Origin: Pseudomonadota bacterium
GTDB taxonomy: Bacteria > Desulfobacterota > Desulfovibrionia > Desulfovibrionales > Desulfovibrionaceae
Length of the DNA stretch: 45,865 bases
Assembly: GCA_023417745.1 (NCBI GenBank)
Contig: JAEZEM010000408.1
Coordinates: forward strand, 1-45,865
Reading direction: 5' to 3'
Below, in pieces: positions 38,155 through 45,865 of this stretch. The notes under the pieces were generated by a model. That model was not told where the DNA came from, searched no databases, and saw nothing but the letters and a program-made list of their open reading frames with translations. A program made the translations under genes and the position numbers. The first letter of the stretch is position 1, and the number at the start of each line of letters is the position of its first letter.

Positions 38155-39114
38155 TCACAGTCGCTTCCCTCTGGCTTTGGCCTCGGGGGCGACCGAGCGA
38201 TTGCCCCCTTCGCCTTCGCGCATGATGAGGTTTTTTTTCAGGTCCCGGTAGTATTCCAACTGGTAGGATTGCAGGAGCTTGAGCAGCTCCAGGCAGCCCT
38301 CGGCCCGGATGTCCCGCCAACGGGCTTGCAAGCCTTTGCCCTGGGCGAAAAGAAACTGCACCCCGACCTCGGGACGGGCATCGACGTCGTCCGGCGCCAG
38401 GGTGTTGCTGACTTTGGCGATAAACTCGTAGGCGTGTTCCTGATCCGGCTCCTGACCCGGGAAAGCCAGTCTGCACAGCAGGCGACAATCTTTTCCCAGC
38501 CATGGCTCCTGCTCGACGAAGATCGACCGCGGCAGGGACAATCGCAGGCCGCCAGCCGAAATGTTTTTCAGTTCGACCTGCGCCTCGTCCACCCCGCCAG
38601 CCAGATCAAACAGATGCCGTTGCTCCACGCCTCGGGACGGGCTGTCGCCGTTGCTTTTGGTCACCCCCCAGACCGACAGGCCGGGCAGATGCCGTCGGTG
38701 CAATTTGAGACGGATGTTGCGGCGCTGCTCCAGAACCGTGATGTTGGCTGGCATGGCCACGACGAGGGTCTTCAAGTCGCTGTGGATTTCCGTGATCCGT
38801 CCCTGAAACTTGTGGAGCCGGGGGAACTTGTCCGCGTCGGTCTGAAGGAGAAAGCGGAAGGGGAATTCCTGTTTTTCCCAGATCTTGCAACAATCATGAT
38901 TGGGGCCGCAGGCCAGGACCACGTTCTTGCCCTGAATCTCCCGGCAGACCATATACCGAAACGGCTCCATGGCCTTGTCCGGGTCGAGGGTCAGCTGGAA
39001 GATGGCCTGCTGCTGCGCCGCCAACCCCAAGAGACTAACGGCCATGGGGTCGGGCTGGTTTTGTCTGGACACAAAAAGCGAAAGCAAACGCCTTATGGAA
39101 TCGTACATCTCCAT
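38155..39114 (-). CDS. PilZ-domain c-di-GMP receptor
   Basis: EQRRNIR (RxxxR) and NISAGG (D/NxSxxG). Confidence 0.8.
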   Translation of the reverse strand: MEMYDSIRRLLSLFVSRQNQPDPMAVSLLGLAAQQQAIFQLTLDPDKAMEPFRYMVCREIQGKNVVLACGPNHDCCKIWEKQEFPFRFLLQTDADKFPRLHKFQGRITEIHSDLKTLVVAMPANITVLEQRRNIRLKLHRRHLPGLSVWGVTKSNGDSPSRGVEQRHLFDLAGGVDEAQVELKNISAGGLRLSLPRSIFVEQEPWLGKDCRLLCRLAFPGQEPDQEHAYEFIAKVSNTLAPDDVDARPEVGVQFLFAQGKGLQARWRDIRAEGCLELLKLLQSYQLEYYRDLKKNLIMREGEGGNRSVAPEAKARGKRL

Positions 39115-39285
39115 CGCCTCCACTCGGCAAGTCGGAGGGCGTTATAAAGGGTGAATATTGCGGATCGGTGAAAACGACGTGACCGTGCGCCGCACCCGTG
39201 AAATGTCGTGGTCTCGCCTTCCGTGCGTAAGCTTCCCACGGCGAGGGACGCAAAAAACGATAGGGCTTGGCGAAAGTCACGGCAC

Positions 39286-39309
39286 AAAAAAAGGGGCTTT
39301 CGCCCCTTT
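39286..39309 (-). terminator. Rho-independent terminator after the aminotransferase
   Basis: AAAGGGGC-GAAA-GCCCCTTT followed by a T-run on the minus strand. Confidence 0.75.
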
Positions 39310-39328
39310 GCCCATCTGGTGAAGCCGG

Positions 39329-40510
39329 TTAGCCTCGTATGGCCCTGGCAAACCCCGCTTCCGAACGGTTGATGACCGCTTCGTCCACGCAAAAGGCCAG
39401 CCGGAAATAACCCGGCATGCCAAAGCCGCGTCCCGGCACGGCCAGGACCCGTTCCTTGGCCAGACGATCCAGAAAAACCAGTTCGTCGGCGTCGGGCGAC
39501 TTGGGGAAGAAATAGAACGCCCCGCGCGGCATAACGAAGTCGTAGCCGGCCCGGGTCAGCACCCCGGCCATGGCCGCCCGGCGGCGCTCGTAGATGCCCC
39601 GGTCCACTTCCTGGCCCAGCGCCCGCAGGAGCAAGGCCTGGCCCACGGCCGGCGCGTTGACGAACCCGAGGATGCGGTTGGCGAAGACCAGCCCGGCCAC
39701 GAGCTGGGCCCGGCCTTCCATGAGCGGCGACACGACGACATAGCCCACCCGCTCGCCGGGCAGGGACAGATTTTTCGAAAACGAGCCGATGACCAGGGAA
39801 TAGGGATACAGCGGCAGCACCGAGGGCACGTCCGCGCCGTCGTAGGCCAAAAACCGGTAGGGTTCGTCGGCCAGCAGATAAATCGGGCGCTCGCGGCCGG
39901 CCGAGGCCCGGGTCAGCATGGCGGCCAGCTCCGTGAGCCTCTCCTTGCTGTAGACCATGCCGGTGGGGTTATTGGGCGAATTGATCAGCACCACCCGGGT
40001 GCGCGGGGTGATGGCCGCTTCCATGGCCGCGATGTCCAGGTCGAAGTCGGGCTTGGTGGGCACGGGTTTGAGCACGCCGCCGGAGTTGCCGGCGTAGAAG
40101 CCGTATTCCACAAAATAGGGGTTTGGACAGATGACCTCGTCGCCCGGGGTGATGACGGCCCGGAAAAAGCAGTTGATGCCGCCGGCCGCGCCGCAGGTCA
40201 AAAGCAGATCCTCGGCGGCGATGGCGATGCCCTGCTCCTTGGTGAGGTGTTCGGCCAGGGCGGCCCGCACGGCCGGATAGCCGGGATTGGGCATGTAGCC
40301 GAAGGCAAAGGGCTTGTCCGCCTGTTCGGCCAGCTCGGCCAGGCACTCGCCGACCACGGCCGGCGGCGGCAGGTCGGGGTTGCCCAGCGAAAAGTCGCAC
40401 ACGGCGTCTTCGCCGTATTGTTTCTTGAGCTCCAGCCCGTGTTCGAAAATCTTGCGTATCCAGGCTCCGCCGGACAGGAATTGTTCCATTTGCTCGGTGA
40501 CCAGTTTCAC
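39329..40510 (-). CDS. PLP-dependent class I/II (aspartate-type) aminotransferase
   Basis: DFSLGNP, NSPNNPTG, DEPY, SFSKNLSLPGERVGY, PG..FG.PGYFR; GTG start with GGAGG RBS. Confidence 0.93.
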   Translation of the reverse strand: MKLVTEQMEQFLSGGAWIRKIFEHGLELKKQYGEDAVCDFSLGNPDLPPPAVVGECLAELAEQADKPFAFGYMPNPGYPAVRAALAEHLTKEQGIAIAAEDLLLTCGAAGGINCFFRAVITPGDEVICPNPYFVEYGFYAGNSGGVLKPVPTKPDFDLDIAAMEAAITPRTRVVLINSPNNPTGMVYSKERLTELAAMLTRASAGRERPIYLLADEPYRFLAYDGADVPSVLPLYPYSLVIGSFSKNLSLPGERVGYVVVSPLMEGRAQLVAGLVFANRILGFVNAPAVGQALLLRALGQEVDRGIYERRRAAMAGVLTRAGYDFVMPRGAFYFFPKSPDADELVFLDRLAKERVLAVPGRGFGMPGYFRLAFCVDEAVINRSEAGFARAIRG

Positions 40511-40695
40511 GGCCGAACCTCCGAAAAAAGTGTCCGAGGAACATGGCCCAAAAACCGGAGCGACGCAATATGGTAACGAGTTTGTCGGCGCATCGCGACT
40601 CCCTCAAAAAAACAATTCCCTCCCAGGGACGTTTGATTTATAGTCTTCGCCTCACGGCGCTGTCTGCCGCTAATCCCTATCTTCGCGAGACTCCC

Positions 40696-42678
40696 ATGAC
40701 CGAGGCGAAAAAGCCTGAAATCCTTGCCCCAGCGGGTGATCCCTATTCGTTTCTGGCGGCCGTTGCCGCCGGGGCCGACGCCGTCTACTGCGGCCTCAAA
40801 CATTTCTCCGCCCGCATGTTGGCCCGCAACTTTTCCACGTCCGAGCTGGCCGCCCTGGCCGAAATGGCCCGCGCCAGAAACGTGCGCACCTACGTCGCCA
40901 TCAACACCCTGCTCAAGCCCGACGAGGCCGACAAGGCCGGACGCCTGATCTCGCGCCTGGCCGCCGACGTCGGACCCGACGCGCTCATCGTCCAGGACCT
41001 GGGCGTCGCCGCCGTGGCCCGGCAGGCCGGCTACAAGGGCGAACTGCACCTGTCCACCCTGGCCAACGTCAGTAGCCCCTCGGGCCTGGCTACCCTGCCC
41101 GCCTATTCCTTCTCCCGGGTGGTGCTGCCGCGCGAACTGACCGTGGACGAGATGCGCGAAATGGCCGAAGCCGCGCCCAAGGGCCTTTCCCTGGAAGCCT
41201 TTATCCACGGCGCGCTGTGCTACAACGTCTCGGGGCGTTGCTACTGGAGCAGCTATCTCGGCGGCAAGTCGGGCCTTCGCGGCCGTTGCGTCCAGCCCTG
41301 CCGGCGCATCTACGACCACCGGGGCCAGAAGGGCCGCTATTTCTCCTGCCAGGACCTGAGCCTCGACATGCTGACCAAGGCTCTCCTCACCATCCCCGAG
41401 ATCACGGCCTGGAAGATCGAGGGTCGCAAGAAAGGGCCGCACTACGTCTACCATACCGTGGCCGCCTACAAGCTCCTGCGCGACGCCGCCGACGACGCCT
41501 CGGCCAAGAAGATGGCCGCGAGCTTTCTGGAGCAGGCCCTTGGCCGGCCCGGCACCAACTACAACTTCCTGCCCCAGCGGCCCAAAAACCCCATCGACAC
41601 CAAGGCGCGCACCGGCTCGGGAATGCCCGCCGGCAAGCTCACCCGGGGCATCAAGAGCGGCCAGTGGAATCTGTCCACCCGCGTGGGGCTCATGCCCGGC
41701 GACCTGCTGCGGGTGGGCTTCGAGGACGAACCCGGCCACCGCGTGGTCAAGGTGACCCGCACCGTGCCCAAGGGCGGTCGGTTGACGCTGACCTTCGACG
41801 GCCCCGACAACAAGCCCGAGTCCGGCATCCCGGTCTTTTTGATCGACCGCCGCGACCCGGCCCTGGCCGCCAAGATCGCGCCGCTCGAAGCCGCTCTGGA
41901 CAAGATCACCCCGCGCGAGGCCAAACCTTCGGAATTCGTCGCCCGCCTGCCCAAGCCGGCCAAGCCGTTTCGCAGCGAACCGCTGGCCTTAAGCGTGTGG
42001 CGGCATCCCGACATGCGCAAGGAAAAAAGCCCCTTTGGCGTGTGGGTTTCCACCCACCGGGCCCAGAACCTGCCCCTTGGCCGGGCGGCCATGGTCTGGT
42101 GGTGGCTGCCGCCGGTCATCTGGCCCGACGAGGAAAGCGAATTTAAAAGCCTCATCGCCGCCATCGTCAGCCGGGGCGGCAAGCGCTTCGTCCTAAACGC
42201 CCCCTGGCAGACCGGCCTGTTCCCGGAGGGAGCCAAGGGCCTGGACTTCTGGGCCGGCCCGTTTTGCAACGTGGCCAACCCCCTGGCCTTGGGCGAACTG
42301 GCCCGCAACGGCTTTTACGGCGCGTTTGTCTCGCCGGAGCTGTCGGGCGAGGATCTGCTTAGCCTGCCCAAAACCTCGCCGATCCCCCTGGGCATCGTGG
42401 CCAAGGGCGCTTGGCCTCTGGGGCTGTCGCGGGTGCTTTCGGGCGAGGTCAAGACCTGCCTGCCCGTGATCAGCCCCAAGGAAGAGGCCTTGTGGGCCGT
42501 CAAATACGACCGCACCTATTGGCTGTACGCCAACTGGGAAGTGGACCTCTACCGCCACCGCGAGGCCCTGGTGCAAGCCGGCTACTGCGTGTTCGTGGAC
42601 CTGCGCGAGCCGTTGCCCAAGGAAATCAACCGGCGCGACCGCACTAGTCACTTCAACTGGGAAATCGGGCTGCTGTAA
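40696..42678 (+). CDS. Peptidase U32-family Fe-S protein (RlhA/TrhP-like RNA hydroxylase family)
   Basis: PEILAPAG, GADAVYCG...FSAR, E.FIHGALCYNVSGRC, RGRCVQPCR, KIEGRKK. Confidence 0.88.
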   Translation: MTEAKKPEILAPAGDPYSFLAAVAAGADAVYCGLKHFSARMLARNFSTSELAALAEMARARNVRTYVAINTLLKPDEADKAGRLISRLAADVGPDALIVQDLGVAAVARQAGYKGELHLSTLANVSSPSGLATLPAYSFSRVVLPRELTVDEMREMAEAAPKGLSLEAFIHGALCYNVSGRCYWSSYLGGKSGLRGRCVQPCRRIYDHRGQKGRYFSCQDLSLDMLTKALLTIPEITAWKIEGRKKGPHYVYHTVAAYKLLRDAADDASAKKMAASFLEQALGRPGTNYNFLPQRPKNPIDTKARTGSGMPAGKLTRGIKSGQWNLSTRVGLMPGDLLRVGFEDEPGHRVVKVTRTVPKGGRLTLTFDGPDNKPESGIPVFLIDRRDPALAAKIAPLEAALDKITPREAKPSEFVARLPKPAKPFRSEPLALSVWRHPDMRKEKSPFGVWVSTHRAQNLPLGRAAMVWWWLPPVIWPDEESEFKSLIAAIVSRGGKRFVLNAPWQTGLFPEGAKGLDFWAGPFCNVANPLALGELARNGFYGAFVSPELSGEDLLSLPKTSPIPLGIVAKGAWPLGLSRVLSGEVKTCLPVISPKEEALWAVKYDRTYWLYANWEVDLYRHREALVQAGYCVFVDLREPLPKEINRRDRTSHFNWEIGLL

Positions 42679-43895
42679 TGGCGCGGCCGGCCAAGCTCTG
42701 CATCGCCATGGTGGGGCTGCCGGCCATGGGCAAGTCCACTGTCGCGGCCAAGATCAAGGAAAGTCTCGAAAAAGACGACGTCAAGGTCGGCATCTTCAAC
42801 AACGGCGACGTGCGTCGGCGCATGGTCGCCGGCAACACCTCCCATGCCGGCTTCTACAACCCGGACAACGCCGACGCGGCGGCCCTGCGCGAACGCATCG
42901 CCGCCGTGAGCATCGCCGAGGCCAAGGCCTACCTGACGGCCGAAGGCCAGATCACCATTCTCGACGCCACCAACGTCTCCCGCAAACGGCGGGAGACGTT
43001 GCGGCAGCACCTCGCCCCGCATCCCATCCTGTTTATCGAGTGCATCAACGACGATCCCGAACTGCTGGCCCTGTCCGTGGCCCGCAAGACCCGGCTGCCG
43101 GAATTCGCCCACCTGCCCCAGCAAGAAGCGGCCAAGAGCTTTTTTTCGCGCATTGGCTACTACCGCCACATTTACGCCCCGGCCGACGAAGCCGACAACC
43201 TCGTGCGGCTGGACACCCTCAACAACCGCATCATCGCCGAACGCGTCCATTCCGACGTGCCCCACTACGGCCGCATCCGCGACCTGCTCATGTCGGACTG
43301 GATCAAAAACCTCTTTCTCGTGCGCCACGCCGAGAGCGAATACAACCTGGAAAACCGCGTCGGCGGCGATTCCGGCCTGACCGAAAAAGGCCGGCGCATG
43401 GCCTGGGCGCTGTCGCGCCACTTCATCGGCACGCCGCTGCCCTACGTCTTTACGAGTTCGCTGACGCGCACCCGGGAGATGGCCGAGCCGCTGCTGGAAA
43501 CCCGCAAGGGCACAACCATCCACCACGCCTTCAAAGAGTTCGACGAGATCGACGTGGGCGAATGCGACGGCCTGAGCTACGCGGAGATGGAAGGCAGCCG
43601 GCCGGAACTCTTTGCCGCCCGAGGACGCAACAAATACAACTTCGTCTATCCCGGCGGCGAAGGCTACGCCACCATGGCCGGACGGGTGTATCGCGGCATA
43701 AAAAAGGCCATCTACTTGAGCGGCAATTCCGAATACATCATGATCATCGGCCACCAGGCCGTCAACCGCATGATCCTCTCGGACTTTCTGTTTCGCCGAG
43801 CCGAAGACGTGCCCTATATCTTCATCCCCCAGGACAAATACTTCCACATCGTCTCGACCCAAAGCAAGAAGCTGTTCGAACTACGCAAGTTCTGA
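42678..43895 (+). CDS. Bifunctional 6-phosphofructo-2-kinase / fructose-2,6-bisphosphatase-like protein
   Basis: MVGLPAMGKS, FNNGDVRR, LDATN, FIE; LVRHAESEYN...RVGGDSGL, EIDVGECDG, KYNFVYPGGEGY, GHQAVNR. Confidence 0.85.
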   Translation: MARPAKLCIAMVGLPAMGKSTVAAKIKESLEKDDVKVGIFNNGDVRRRMVAGNTSHAGFYNPDNADAAALRERIAAVSIAEAKAYLTAEGQITILDATNVSRKRRETLRQHLAPHPILFIECINDDPELLALSVARKTRLPEFAHLPQQEAAKSFFSRIGYYRHIYAPADEADNLVRLDTLNNRIIAERVHSDVPHYGRIRDLLMSDWIKNLFLVRHAESEYNLENRVGGDSGLTEKGRRMAWALSRHFIGTPLPYVFTSSLTRTREMAEPLLETRKGTTIHHAFKEFDEIDVGECDGLSYAEMEGSRPELFAARGRNKYNFVYPGGEGYATMAGRVYRGIKKAIYLSGNSEYIMIIGHQAVNRMILSDFLFRRAEDVPYIFIPQDKYFHIVSTQSKKLFELRKF

Positions 43896-43915
43896 CGTAT
43901 CCTGTCACAGAAGAC

Positions 43916-43952
43916 AAAAAAGGGAGCCGTCCGAAGCCGACTCCCTTTTTTT
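43916..43952. terminator. Bidirectional terminator
   Basis: A-run, AGGGAG...CTCCCT stem, T-run between convergent genes. Confidence 0.75.
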
Positions 43953-43986
43953 GCGCCGTCGAAACGCTTTGAGCAACGCGAGGCGC

Positions 43987-44505
43987 TTATTTCATGGCGT
44001 CCACGCGGCTGATGATTTGTTGCGTGATGTTCAGCGACGGATCAATATAGGCGTAACCGGCGGCATCCTGGATGCCGAGCAGGCCGTTTTCCTTGGCGTG
44101 TTCGCCGAGGGCCTTGTTGATCTTGTCGACCAGGGGCTTATAGAGGACGGCCTCTTCGGCAGCGACGTCGCTGCGCAACTGCTGCACGCCGTCGCTGACG
44201 GCGCGTGTGAGCCGCAACAGTTCATCCCGCTTCCCGTTTTTGGGATCGGACAGGCTTGGATCGGCCTTCAGCCGGCGGATGGTTTCTTCCTGGGACTGCA
44301 ACGCCCCCTGCCTGGGAGCGAATTTCTTTTGCATCTCTTCGGCGATCCGCATGCCGTCGCTGGTCTTACCGATGACTTCCTTGACGTTGACGACCATCAC
44401 CCTGGGGGGAGCGGGCTTGGGTTCTTCCTTGGCTTCTTCCTGCTTACAACCAACCAGGGCCAAGACGACGGCGCAAGAGGCCACACATGCCAAAACTGCT
44501 TTCAC
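43987..44505 (-). CDS. OmpH/Skp-family protein with a lipoprotein signal
   Basis: GTG start after AAGGA; lipobox LVGC; RVMVVNVKEVI, coiled coil, AYIDPSLNITQQII. Confidence 0.7.
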   Translation of the reverse strand: MKAVLACVASCAVVLALVGCKQEEAKEEPKPAPPRVMVVNVKEVIGKTSDGMRIAEEMQKKFAPRQGALQSQEETIRRLKADPSLSDPKNGKRDELLRLTRAVSDGVQQLRSDVAAEEAVLYKPLVDKINKALGEHAKENGLLGIQDAAGYAYIDPSLNITQQIISRVDAMK

Positions 44506-45035
44506 GAAGACTTCCTTTGTGGTGTGCAAGCAGCCGAAAGGCCGGCCGCTCCGGTTCCGTAAAACGTGTACTTGAGGCCGGCGCTGACGGCCTGGGACGA
44601 ATAGCCGAGACGGAACAGTTCCAGGCCGCCCCGGCTGTTGCAGGACAGGGCATCGCTCAGGCGTGCGGACACGTCGGCGTCGAGCAAGAACGAGTTGTAG
44701 CGCTGGTCCGCCGACTTGACCAGACAAGCCGCTATCGGCCCCCCGCAGCCACCGCGCCACGGCAATCAGGCCATGCGCCAACCGCAGTCAAAAGCAAAGA
44801 TGCAAAACGCCTTAATTGCGGAATAGCTAACCACAATACCAAGCAACAACGCCAAATAAATCTGCGAATAGCGACAACACAAAACTACATGCACAAAAAT
44901 AAACAGCAATTCAACACGAAATCCCTGCCCACTCTGCAATAACAACACAGATACAACATTTACAATATCCAATACATGCAATGTAGACGCTCAATTTCAT
45001 CAAAGGTTACACAATATATTTATACAAATTACGAC

Positions 45036-45062
45036 TAAACTTCTTCTCGTTTACACCGATAA
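45036..45062 (+). promoter_or_regulatory. Sigma-28 (FliA)-like promoter
   Basis: TAAA-cttcttctcgtttac(N15)-ACCGATAA versus consensus TAAA-N15-GCCGATAA. Confidence 0.65.
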
Positions 45063-45104
45063 GACAAGTGGACATCAACCTTGCCTTGCAAGAGGAGAAG
45101 CATC

Positions 45105-45602
45105 ATGAGCACGGATCTGATCAGCAATTCGTACAGCACCACGACCTCGTCCCTGGGCAATCTGCTGGGCACGTCAAGCACGAGCGCCACCGACTCCACG
45201 GCGGTGAACAGCCTGGCCTCGGGGCTGTCCATCAAGGGCGACGGCGGCGATTTTTCCAAGGGGGCCAAGGCCATGCAGCAGCTCAAGGAGCTGGCCAGCT
45301 CCGACCCGGACAAGTTCAAGGAAGTGACCCAGCAGATTTCCGACAAGCTCTCCGAGGCGGCCGACGGCGCATCCGATTCCAACACGGCCAAGATGCTGTC
45401 CTCCATGTCGGAAAAGTTCGCCTCGGCGGCCTCGTCGGGTTCCATGGATTCCCTGGCTCCGTCCCAGCCGCCGACCGGCGGCAACGGCCCCCAGGGGCAC
45501 GGAGCCCAGCAGTACGCCAAGCACAGCGGCGACAATCCCATGGCGACCATGGACAGCATCGTTTCCAGCGCCCTGTCCGGGGTCGGCTCCACCGAGGCCT
45601 AG
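45105..45602 (+). CDS. Ser/Thr-rich hypothetical protein
   Basis: GAGGAG RBS; low-complexity S/T N-terminus; helical core QLKELASSDPDKFKEVTQQISDKL. Confidence 0.7.
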   Translation: MSTDLISNSYSTTTSSLGNLLGTSSTSATDSTAVNSLASGLSIKGDGGDFSKGAKAMQQLKELASSDPDKFKEVTQQISDKLSEAADGASDSNTAKMLSSMSEKFASAASSGSMDSLAPSQPPTGGNGPQGHGAQQYAKHSGDNPMATMDSIVSSALSGVGSTEA

Positions 45603-45625
45603 GCCTGTCCGCCATGGAGCACGAA

Positions 45626-45665
45626 ACGCCCCGCCTCCCGGAGTGACCGGGCGGCGGGGCGCTTT
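45626..45665 (+). terminator. Probable terminator hairpin
   Basis: CGCCCCGCC.CCCGG...CCGGG.GGCGGGGCG followed by CTTTGT. Confidence 0.55.
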
Positions 45666-45705
45666 GTCGTGGGGCTGTGGCCGCTGTCGTCGACGATTCT
45701 CACCA

Positions 45706-45750
45706 AGCGAGGTCGGGCCGGCGAGACCAGAGCGTCGGCCCGACCTCGCT
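45706..45750. repeat. 18-bp near-perfect inverted repeat
   Basis: AGCGAGGTCGGGCCGGCG-N9-CGTCGGCCCGACCTCGCT. Confidence 0.75.
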
Positions 45751-45865
45751 CAAACCGCCGGTGGTCACACCCATGCCTCGAACGTGCGGCACAGGCTTTT
45801 ACCTCTTTCTACCCGCCCTTGACCGACTCAATCGCCACCGCCAACACCCCTTACCCCTTTTCCCC

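Noticed and set aside
39241..39310. GGGACGCAAA and GGCAAA..GAAA near the PilZ gene, resembling a c-di-GMP-I riboswitch
   Set aside because: The two elements are on opposite strands and out of order; the GAAA hairpin is explained as the aminotransferase terminator

Overview
High-GC window from a sulfate-reducing deltaproteobacterium; gene content and order suggest Desulfovibrionaceae, probably Solidesulfovibrio-like (inference). From left to right: (i) a >2000-aa CheB-like/CheR/multi-PAS/GAF hybrid histidine kinase running off the left edge, mucR, and accessory enzymes (hexapeptide acyltransferase, C45 Ntn-hydrolase, B12 radical SAM, TylF-like O-methyltransferase, HPP-like membrane protein); (ii) a decayed integrative element at about 14.5-23.3 kb ending at the 3' end of tRNA-Phe(GAA). 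It holds an internally deleted integrase, an intact RelE-like/XRE toxin-antitoxin pair, an excisionase-like gene, a 7-blade Kelch protein, a collage of directly joined fragments (sensor kinase, phage DNA MTase, phage tail genes, primase-helicase) and satellite-like small ORFs; (iii) the core ffh-rpsP-khpA-rimM-trmD(+second SPOUT)-rplS-rnhB-yraN operon; (iv) a vsr-C5 MTase-DUF4928-like cassette, a candidate restriction-modification system; (v) an unusual signalling cluster: PilZ protein, MshEN-like-repeat/CheX-like protein, CheY-like regulator and a CBS-fronted CheA-like kinase lacking CheW; (vi) a class I aminotransferase, a U32-family gene coupled to a eukaryote-type PFK-2/FBPase-2, an OmpH-like lipoprotein, and a Ser/Thr-rich protein behind a sigma-28-like promoter. 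All family assignments come from motifs read by eye; no database search was run.
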